A DNA stretch of 64,000 bases from Octopus vulgaris. Its lineage: Eukaryota. The notes beneath the pieces are model-generated. The model saw only the letters and a program-made list of their open reading frames with translations, was not told where the DNA came from and ran no database searches. The stretch spans positions 54,498,001-54,562,000 of the forward strand of contig OX597828.1 in the NCBI GenBank assembly GCA_951406725.2, in the 5' to 3' direction. Of this stretch, positions 54,414 through 64,000 are shown in pieces; position 1 is the first letter of the stretch, and each line of letters begins with the position of its first letter. The translations under genes were made by a program, and so were the position numbers.

Positions 54414-54578
54414 ACAGGCTTCTTTCAGTTTCCATCTATCAAATCCTATTCTCAAGGCTTTGGTCGGCTTGAGGCTATAGTAGAAGACACTTGCCCGAGG
54501 TGCCACGCAGTGGGACTGAGCGCGGGACCACGTGGTTAGGATACAAGCTTCTTACCACCTCACAGCCACACCTGCGCC
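54410..54578 (-). mobile_element. SINE family A head
   Basis: Matches the family A 5' half. Confidence 0.82.
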
Positions 54579-54782
54579 TATGTTGAGACTGATTTCGGTG
54601 ACCAGATAACGTTTGCTAATAACAAGTGCTTCTGCTTTAAAAGGTGATTTATTGTGTGTGGGGTTCATAAGTTAGTCTTAGCGATCAGGGTTTAGATCAA
54701 ACTGGAGCACCTCACTCATAGCGTTCATATGGGGGTCTTTAAATCACTTTTTTCAAATGTCTATCTCTATATATGTAAGTAG

Positions 54783-55410
54783 ATATGTATGTATGTATGT
54801 ATGTATGGTCGAACAATGATGATGATGATGATGTATGTATGTATGTATGTATGTATGTATGTATGTGTATGTGTGTGTATGTATTTGTACATGTATGTGT
54901 GTATGTGTGTATATGTATGTGTGTACGTATCTATGTACGCGTGTGTATGTATGTATGTATGTATGTATGTATGTATGTATGTATGTATGTGTGTATGTGT
55001 GTATGTATGTGTGTATGTGTATTTGTACATGTATGTGTGTATGTGTGTACGAATCTATGTACGTGTGTGTATGTATGTATGTATGTATGTATGTATGTAT
55101 GTGTGTATGTGTGTATATTTGTGTATGTATGTATGTGTGTGTATGTATTTGTACACGTATGTGTGTATGTGTGTATATGTGTGTGTATATATGTGTGTAT
55201 GCATGTGTGTACGTATGTATGTGTGTGTATGTATGTGTGTGTATGTATGAATGCATGTGTGTATGTGTACGTATGTATGTAAGTACGTTTGCATGTGTGT
55301 ACGTATGTATTCGTGTGTATGTATGTGTGTGTAAGTATGTATGTATGCACACACACATTTGTGTGTATATGTATACATATACGTATACACGCACACACCT
55401 GCATATATGT
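54783..55410. repeat. compound (TATG)/(TG) low-complexity array
   Basis: Mixed GTAT/GT repeats with recurring gtatttgtaca anchors. Confidence 0.9.
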
Positions 55411-55812
55411 GTCTCTTAGGAGATATAAGTGTTCTCGAAACATCTACGTACCTAAAGCTACTTAACCGCAACCCACGTCTCTCACCCTTACACATACATA
55501 CATTCAATACCCCATGCGTACCCCAAACACACCATAGATACACATAGTTACACACTGTTAAACACGTGTACATGCATTATTGAGGAGTGTTAATATTTCT
55601 ATAGACTGATGAGGATTATCTTTAAAGGAGAGCGGATTAAAATAATAACAACCATGTTTGTGTAGAGAGATAAGTGTTCGCTTTGTGCAACTGGCTACTA
55701 ACCAACCGACCAACCAGTAGCCAACCAGCCAACCGGCCAGCCAGCGTGGCAACCAACCACGTGGTTTAGTAGGTCAACTGACTAATAAATTCAGTTAACC
55801 AGAGACTAATAC

Positions 55813-56220
55813 TCCGCCGAGGTCGACTTTGCCTTTCATCCTTTCGGGGTCAAAGAAATAAATAAGTACCAGTTACGCATTGGGGTCGATGTAATCGATT
55901 TAATCCATTTGTCTGTCCTTGTTTGTCTCCTCTATGTTTAGCCTCCTGTGGGCAATAAAGAAATAAATTATTATCCGTGTCCAAAGGGCGGCGACCTGGC
56001 AGAATCGTTAGCACACCGGGCGAAACAATTAGCAGTATTTCGTTTGCCGGTATTTCGTTTTGAGTTCAAATTCCGCCGAGGTCGACTTTGCCATTCATCC
56101 TTTCGGGGTCGATTAAATAAGTACCAGTTACGCACTGGGGTCGATATATTCGACTTAATCCGTTTGTCTGTCCTTGTTTGTCCCCTCTGTGTTTAGCCCC
56201 CTTTGGGCAGTAAAGAAATA
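55813..56220 (+). mobile_element. two tandem SINE family B copies (first 5'-truncated)
   Basis: 55813-55966 and 55986-56220 match the 42790 consensus. Confidence 0.88.
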
Positions 56221-57677
56221 CATTACGATCTACGTCACTTAAACACACGCGCGAGCACACATTACATAATTCGCACGCAAAGATTACAGAAACTCGCCGG
56301 AAGGCAAACGCACAACAGGAAAGGTCTTCAGAGGAAGAACTCCTATCCGACAAGTGTTTCAGCCCTTACAGTTGACACTCTACAGGAGGCGAGCCCACCC
56401 AGGTATGACCCCTAGGTTTCCTCCTGCTGCTTTGCAAAATCCTGTCTCCAGCGAGATTTGAACCTGGTTCGTTCTTTTGTTCGTAGGTCTGTGTTACGGC
56501 CCACCAGACTACTCTGACTGTTGAAGGAACAAGTTTTCTTCTTCCTTCTGTTCCTGTAAATAACCAATGGAATCCATAATTAGGTCCATTAGTGATTCTT
56601 CTTCGCCCATATCTACATTGAGCCCTTTTCAGCAACACCAGACAAGCCTTTAACTGTGGCCTTTGTTACCCAACTGCCCGAGTAGCCGACAAGTTGATGC
56701 AGCCACAATATTGGTTAATCGGGAATCGAAATCGGCTCGAATGTCAAATATGAAGTCGACTGGTCAACAGCTTCCATATTTGGATGAATCGCGCCTACTT
56801 GATTCTCATCTACCCGATACACTGAATTGCCACCATACATCAAAACTATAAATTGACATCACCTTCGTAATTCTAGGAGAAATTCGGTTTTTTTTTTTTT
56901 TTTTTTGTAATTGAAAAGAAAATCTAGAACATTCTTTCACGTGATATGCCTTTTCGAGCCAAATCTGAAATGTTATAAAACCTCATCCATTTTGCAATAG
57001 ATATATAGATTAAATGATCTGCTACAGAAATGTTTAACGTTCGAATCCAGCTTTTATCTTCCACCATGGGACGTCTATAAAGCTTCTTTGGACTTTTAAG
57101 TAATAGCATTTTATCGTTATCATTTCACCTGCTTTCGAAAATTTATCAATGACTATCTTAACTAACCATAAACCACAAATACTTGTCTTAACTTACTATG
57201 TGTATGCCTTATATTTCCGTTGTTAACCTATCTTTGCTGTTCTTTTCATTTTGTGCTACTTTTTTTTTCTGTAAAAAGCATCTTTTTTTCACTGAGATAG
57301 CATCATTGGAGATAATATTGTTGTAAGAAATAAATCTGTTCTTCTTCCCGTCTTCAGATACTTTATCGTAATTTATTTAACTATTATTAAAAATTCAATG
57401 AAATGAAAATCTACTTTAAACCAAATGCTGCAACTTCTCACAATGAGTCTTTCTCGACAACACGGATTGACTCAGTTATTCCCGACAAATGTGGCTACAT
57501 AGACCTACGTTGCTCCGTTTCGTGCATCGTTCACAGACTAAACCGACACGGTTCGCATGTTGTGGGCGAATATGTTTCATATGAGTGATGCAACCAACAA
57601 TTTTGCTACATCCGCTTCGCAGTGTGCCAGTTATGCGCTTTCTTTGTGTAGGTCACAAGTATATCAAGGTTTCATAA

Positions 57678-58041
57678 TCTCTCTCTATATAAACGGCAAA
57701 ATGTCTGCGTGCGTGTCCTTTATACAAATCCACAATTTTTCAGTTAGAGGGCTCGCACTTTCTATGGTTATTCAAAACCATCCAAGGGTGGTCGTGCACA
57801 TCTTTACATTTCCCCAGTCACCCCGAAAAGCCATTAAAAGATCAATAGAAGTTACTTTTTTGTGAATTTTCTATCCAAAACCCAATCAAAATGCCCGAAA
57901 CTTGAAACGCCAATTGAATGCCAGCTAGCTGTATGTGATTGGTTGGAGATTTGGACAGTACTCGCGTGTATGTGCGCACGCACGCAGCTGTTTATGCATG
58001 CACTAGCACTATGACCCGGCGTTGCCGGGTCATAGTGCTAG
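57678..58041 (+). mobile_element. non-autonomous Helitron
   Basis: A|TCTCTCTCTATATAAA 5' end, 3' hairpin ACCCGGC-GTT-GCCGGGT, CTAG|T end. Confidence 0.82.
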
Positions 58042-58054
58042 TATACTACTAAAT

Positions 58055-58941
58055 TACGAGAGTAACTGGAAATGTTCTCTGCGGGTCAAGCCCGTTGTAG
58101 TTCAGGCTTCCGCCGCTAGAAGCCGCTTGACGCGACTCTCTGGCATCAGTCTTCCGACTGGCGTCGTCGAGCGAAGTCGTACTGCCACCTAGTGTGCCAT
58201 TGTTTTGCAGTGCTTCTCCTCTGTTCGTCGATTTTTGCGATAGCTGAAACGAAGGAACAGCGTGCTTCTGGGAAATTCTGTTTTCAGCTGGGGAAAACGG
58301 CGATCGAAATAGTTGTCATACTTGAAACAGCTTACAAGGACGCTGCCATGAGCGAAACAAGTTTACGAGCGGTTTTCACGCTTTAAAAATGGTCACATGT
58401 CGCTCGAAGAACAACCTCGTTCAGAACGACCGTCGACCTCTCGAACGAATGAGACCATCATGCAAATTCATGAACTGATCTTGGAGGACCGTCACCGAAC
58501 AATTGACGAACTTGTTAATATGACCGGTGTGTCCTGCAGTTCTTACCAACGAATTTTGAGCGAGGAATCGCGAATGAAAAGGGTTGCAACAAAATTTGTG
58601 CTTCGCTTGCGCACGGAAAATCAAAAGCAGCAACAACTGAATGTGTCGTAAATTGAACGAACAGTTTGAAGTTGATCCGGCCCTTTTTTCGAAGGTTATC
58701 ACTGGTGACGAAAGCTGGTGCTACAGAATTTGCAGATGTGGAAGAGGGGAAAAAACGGCGGGGGCGTTAAATGGCATCACTTCACAAGAGTTCCAGCACT
58801 GCTTCGAATAGTGGAAAACGCGCCTGTTCCGATGCATCACTTCATCTGGAGAATACTTTGAAGGCGATTAAAGCATAAAGCTAAGTGAATAAATTAATAT
58901 TGCAAAATTCTGGTTTCTTTTGGCTACCCCCCCCCCTCGTA
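58055..58941 (+). mobile_element. internally deleted mariner element
   Basis: TA-CGAG...CTCG-TA ends; EQRASGKFCFQLGKTA, PRSERPSTSRT, VATKFVLRL, VITGDESWCY joined to the C-terminal GEYFEGD*. Confidence 0.9.
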
Positions 58942-59218
58942 TTTAATACAAGAAGAAGATAAAAATAATAAATACAGAATTTGCAGTGGCATCCCGTCCA
59001 GTTCATCACCATCAACCATTCAAATGGAATGACTGAATAAAAAGACTTTTCCCAGCATTAGCTCCTTTCATACATTCTAAAACTACCAGGGAAAACGTAC
59101 AGCAGTAATAAAGGATACCGTGGTTCCATAAGCTGTTTCAGGAGTCCCTAAAGATTTAAGTACCTCCTCTTTTTCTATCCTAACTATGGATGCAAGTAAT
59201 CACAAAGAAACACATAAA

Positions 59219-59890
59219 CTAAGTACCAGTCACGCACTGGGGTCGATGTAATCGACTTAATCCGTTTGTCTGTCCTTGTTTGTCCCCTCTGTGTTTAGCC
59301 CCTTGTGGGTAGTAAAGAAATAGGTATTTCGTCTACTGGTACTTTCTGAGTTCAAATTCCGCCGAGGTCGACTTTGCCTTTCATCTTTTCGGTCGATTAA
59401 ATAAGTACCAGTTACGCACTGCGGTCGATATAATCGACTTAATCCATTTGTCTTTCCTTGTTTGTTCCCTCTGTGTTTAGCCCCTTGTGGGTAGTAAAGA
59501 AATAGGTATTTCGTCCGTCTTCACTTACCGAGTTTAAACTTAGCCGAGGTCGACTTTACTTTTCATCCTTTCGGAGTCGATAAAATAAGTACTAGTTGAA
59601 CATTGGAGTTGATGTAATCGACTTACCCTCTGCCCCGAAATTGCTGGCTCTGTGCCAAAATTTGAAATCAGTATAGTTTTTAAGGCGGTGAGCTGGCATA
59701 ATCGTTAGCGCGCCGGGCAAAATGCTCAGCGTCCTTCTGTACGTCCTGAGTTCAAATTCTGCCACGGTCGACTTTGCCTTTTATTTTCTCAGGGTCGATA
59801 AAATAAGTACCTGTTGAGCACTGAAGTTAATGCAATCGACTTACCCCTTCCCCTCAAATTGCTGGACTTGTGCTAAAATTTGAAACCAAT
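59219..59890 (+). mobile_element. cluster/tandem array of SINE family B segments
   Basis: Four successive copies of the gtcgact..taagtaccag..aatcgactta segment. Confidence 0.85.
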
Positions 59891-60514
59891 ATTTATAATA
59901 TTTGAACTGAAAATTCGAAATATTTTTGCGATTTTATTGGACTTCAATATTCTTCAGTTTGCTCAGATTCCAAAACTTGTTGCATCTCTTTAGCGAATAC
60001 AGAAAAGTGAATCCTCAATTTATTCAAAACTGTGAAATCTTACATTAATTCCAAGGAAAATTCTCCGAAAATTAAAAAAATGTTTTCCCAATAATCCATT
60101 CAACGCAGCTTACTTATTCTTTATCCTCAATTTTCAATACCTTTTTAAAGCAGTAGGATTATATAAATTCAAAGAAAAAGAATCAAACAGCGTTATTGAG
60201 GTACTTTGTGCGTTAAAGGAACTCGTTAATGGTATAAAAGAAGGAATTTAAAGTTTATCCGCTGCCCCCACCCAACGATCAAGACTTGCTTGACGAAATT
60301 ACGTTTGAACAGAAAGATTCCAAATTCAATTGAATAGTTATAACAGTTCTTACCAAGGCTGTTTTGTGGAATGGATATTTCTGAATTTCTTGTAGGCGGC
60401 AGAAACTGAAATATTTTAGAATCTATGACGTACAGAGACAGTTCGAAAGGATTCAATAAGTGGAACATTTAAAGAGCGGTTGTATTCTGCAATTTAGCTA
60501 TTTTCTGTTTCGAT

Positions 60515-60553
<39 letters not shown>

Positions 60554-60600
60554 CTATATATGTATATGTGTGTATGTGTGTGTGTATCAGTGTGTGGGTG

Positions 60601-60810
60601 TACGAGGGGATGCTGAAAAGTTCCTGGCTTTGGGCAAAAGAAAATACAGGAGAGTCAGTTAATTATGATTTTATTCAACATAATCCCCTTCTCAGATTCA
60701 CACATTTATTGCTGTGGTCCTTCAGTTTTTCTGAGCCCTGTAAAAGAACTCGGAATGTTGGCCCTCCAGCCAAGCCTTTTGCGATGCCCTTAAAGCTACT
60801 TTCAGTAAAA
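60601..60810. mobile_element. mariner-type MITE (copy of 30552-30774)
   Basis: TACGAGGGGATGCTGAAAAGTTCCTGGCTTT; right TIR degraded. Confidence 0.8.
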
Positions 60811-60885
60811 CCACTTTATATATATAAAGATATAGAGAGTGGGAGAAGTGCAGGTAAAAAATACAGAGAGGGGAAGAAATGCCCT

Positions 60886-60934
<49 letters not shown>

Positions 60935-61032
60935 ATCCAAATATGAAAACACAAAGAGAAAACACAACAACGCGAGGACGTGGAACAAGTATAGTGCTTT
61001 TGGACGCCCAGGAAAGGAAAGAAAGAAGGAGG

Positions 61033-61067
61033 ATTTAACGTTTCGAGCGGAGCTCTTCGTCAGAAAC
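61033..61067 (-). ncRNA. minimal hammerhead motif with canonical core in a pLTR-like segment 60931-61138
   Basis: Minus strand GTTT-CTGACGA-A-GAGC.TCC.GCTC-GAAA-CG-TT-AAAT; 3' end abuts (TA)n. Confidence 0.72.
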
Positions 61068-61141
61068 ATAGGAAGAGGAAAGATCCAAGAAAGGGAAGAA
61101 GGAGGGAAAAAAATCGCCAACGGTACACACGCGGTCACAGG

Positions 61142-61304
61142 GCGCAGGCGTGACTGTGTGGTAAGAATCCTGTTTCCACATTGTTCCGGCTTTAGTTTCC
61201 CTGCGTGGCACCTTGGACAAGTGTCTTCTACTATAGCCTCGGGCCGACCAAAGCCTTTTTGAGTGGATTTGGTAGACGGGAACTGAAAGAAGCTCGTCGT
61301 GTGC

Positions 61305-61359
<55 letters not shown>

Positions 61360-61577
61360 CCTGTGTGTCTTTGTCCATGTGTCTGTCTTCTCCTCCACCG
61401 CTTAACAACCGGTGTTGGTGTGTTTACGTTCCCGTAACTTAGCGGTTCGGCAAAAGAAAGGATAGAACAAATACCTGGCTTAAAGAAAAAGTACTAGGGT
61501 CAATTCCTTCGATTAAAAATTGTTCAAGGCGGTGGCCCAGCATAGCTGTAATCTAATTACTGAAATAGGTAAAAGTA
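61142..61577 (+). mobile_element. SINE family A (older variant)
   Basis: Homologous to 24337-24762. Confidence 0.85.
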
Positions 61578-61620
61578 AAAAAAAAAAAGGCATGAATGTA
61601 TGTATTGCATTTATATATTA

Positions 61621-62016
61621 CTAGCAGTATCGCCCGGCGTTGCTCGGGTTGTAAGGGAAATAACTATATAAGCATTTTTAGAGAGTTATAGCCAAAAAAT
61701 AGCAAAAAAATGCATTAAAAATTGAAAAAAAATTAAGGTAAATTTTTTTTTTAAATCGTTGACACATCGTAGATATTTTTAGAGAGTTACTTCCCTTATA
61801 TAAAAGCGAAAAAAATGCATTCAAATGGAAAAATATGATGGTAAATTTTTTTTCAATCGTAGACTCATCGTAGACGCGCGCTAATACCCAGAAGGGCTCG
61901 ATATGAATCACGACTATAAGATACCCGCTTTTGGTTAAACTGCACGGCAAAATGTGGGAGTAGTTACGAATCTAAATCGAAGGGGACAGACACACAACTT
62001 CACTCTTATATAAAGA
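61621..62016 (-). mobile_element. non-autonomous Helitron with internal ~100-bp duplication
   Basis: Minus strand A|TCTTTATATAAG...ACCCGAGCAACGCCGGG..CTAG|T. Confidence 0.8.
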
Positions 62017-62019
62017 TGC

Positions 62020-62798
62020 TTATTTTTTTTCAGTCATAGAGTTAGATTTATGAAGGTCTTCAGTAGAAAATCCTTCGAATTCTGACTCGCTGCTTGATAT
62101 AATGAAATTCGTATCCATTTTTTGTCAGAATTACAAATTTTGAAAACACAATAGGAACAAATTTCGGAAAAAAATCTCCCATAATTCACGGAATTAAAAT
62201 TACACTTCGATTTTTGTACAAAACTGTATTTGAAGTGTTTACGAAGTATAATACGTGTTTTCACGAATGTACTAAAGAGATTTACTCTGATATTCTCATT
62301 TAAATATGAATAGGTAAATTCGGGCGGTTTGGTAACGAAAGGGTTTATATAAGTGTCGTCTGTTTATACATAAACACTGTTTCATACTTTCAGTTTAGTC
62401 TTGCTCAAATCACTCTGTCGCTAATTTACTCTCTTCCAAGAACATTTTCACTCACTGTTATCTGTTAGCTTCCCATACATTTTACTCATGTATCTATCAG
62501 CGTGATAGACAGAAACAAATATTACATTTACTTTCATTTTATTCGCCGCACACTGTGTGTGTGCGTTTGCGTGTGGTGTAAACCAGACTAAGAAAAGCAT
62601 TTGACACACACACCAGAATGTGAGTTTTCTGTAAATTTTGCTTAATTGGAGTTTAAATTTTAAAAACTGGACCTGGCATGACGCGATGCATTGTACTCTC
62701 AAAAATGCTAGGTAAATTGTAATTGAAGAAATCCTATATTGTAGATTTGTATAACTCCCAAAGGGAGGCAGATAAAATCTGCCTTTTATAATAAGAGA
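62020..62798 (-). mobile_element. Helitron-like 5' segment lacking its own 3' end
   Basis: Minus strand A|TCTCTTATTATAAAAGGCAGA...TTATACAAATCTACAAT resembles the 5' end of 57678-58041; inner boundary uncertain. Confidence 0.5.
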
Positions 62799-62802
62799 TA
62801 TA

Positions 62803-62990
62803 TTCTTTTCTGCTCTAAGTAGAAGGCCCGAATTTTTTGGGGAGGCGGGGCCAGTCGGTTGGATCGACCCCAGTACGCAACTGATGCTTAATTTATCGAA
62901 CCCTAAAGGATGAAAGGCAAAGACGACCTCGGCGGAATTTGAACTCAGAACGTAAAGTCAGGCGAGAAATACTGGTAAGCATTTCACCTG
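62803..62990 (-). mobile_element. SINE family B
   Basis: aaaggatgaaaggcaaag..gacctcggcggaatttgaactcagaacgtaa. Confidence 0.82.
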
Positions 62991-63043
62991 TGTGTGTATA
63001 TATAAATACACACACACACACACACACAATATATAATATATAA

Positions 63044-63426
63044 GTGGAGGCGCAATGGCCCAGTGGTTAGGGCAGCGGACTCGCGGTCGTAGGATCGCGG
63101 TTTAGATTCCCAGACCGGGCGTTGTGAGTGTTTATTGAGCGAAAACACCTAAAGCTCCACGAGGCTCCGGCAGGGGTTGGTGGTGATCCCTGTTGTACTC
63201 TTTCACCACAACTTTCTCTCACTCCTACTTCCTGTTTCTGTTGTACCTGTATTTCAAAGGGCCGGCCTTGTCACTCTCTGTGTCACGCTGAATATCCCCG
63301 AGAACTACGTTAAGGATACACGTGTCTGTGGAGTGCTCAGCCACTTACACGTTAATTTCACGAGCAGGCTGTTCCATTGATCGGATCAACTGGAACCCTC
63401 ATCGTCGTAACCGACGGAGTGCTTCC
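63044..63426 (+). mobile_element. SINE family C head with family D tail
   Basis: Head as at 7633 and 35745; tail 63243-63423 matches 63780-63958. Confidence 0.88.
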
Positions 63427-63635
63427 ATAATATACAAATGGCGGCGAGTTGGCAGAAACGTTAGCACGCCGGGTGAAATGCTTACCAGTATTTCTCGCCT
63501 GACTTTACGTTCTGAGTTCAAACGTGAGCAACGTGAAACAAAGTGTCTTGCTCAAGGACACAACGCGTCGCCTGGAATTGAACTCACAACCTTACGATCG
63601 CGAGCCGGATGCCCTTATATATATGTATATAATAT

Positions 63636-63960
63636 GTGAAGGCGCTTGGCTTAGTGGTTAGGGCATCCGGCTCGCGATCGTAAGGTTGTGAGTTCAAATC
63701 CCGGCGACGCGTTGTGCCCTTGAGCAAGACACTTTATTTCACGTTGCTCCAGTCCACACAGCTGACAAAAATGAGTAGCACCTGTATTTCAAAGAGCCAG
63801 ACTTGTCACTCTCTGTGTCACGTTGAATCTCCCTTAGAACTACGTTAAGGGTACATGTGTCTGTGGAATACTCAGCCACTTGCACGTTAATTTCACGAGC
63901 AAGCTGTTCCGTTGATCGTATCAGTTGACACCCTCGTCGTCGTAACCGACGGAGTGCTCC
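63636..63960 (+). mobile_element. SINE family D with upstream inverted partial copy (63526-63615)
   Basis: Homologous to 15457-15788. Confidence 0.9.
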
Positions 63961-64000
63961 TTATATATAATATATTAGATTGACGCTATATGTATGCATG

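Noticed and set aside
56366-56850. Possible L1/Tx1-like or gene fragment on the minus strand
   Set aside because: No diagnostic motif could be recognised with confidence.

Overview
AT-rich, repeat-saturated metazoan genomic DNA. The microsatellite density and SINE families suggest an octopus or other coleoid cephalopod genome (inference). No host protein-coding gene is recognisable, and almost all ORFs in the track are translated microsatellites. Identifiable coding remnants are all transposable elements: a young 5'-truncated R4/Dong-type non-LTR retrotransposon inside an (AAT)n array plus two further R4 3' fragments, a full-length but broken Chapaev3-like DNA transposon, a hAT-Charlie-like remnant, three mariner remnants, and CR1-like, RTE and Penelope-like (PLE) remnants. 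The window also holds four tRNA-derived SINE families, several MITEs (one carrying TTAGGG repeats) and non-autonomous Helitrons. The most interesting signal is a set of short non-coding elements carrying minimal type-I hammerhead ribozyme motifs of the Penelope-pLTR/retrozyme kind, mostly abutting (TA)n and often in inverted pairs. They include a tRNA-headed SINE-like element with a hammerhead tail and a 298-bp palindrome whose hammerhead has a compensatory G3-C8 core swap. Coordinates were read by eye and may be off by a few bases; no database searches were run.
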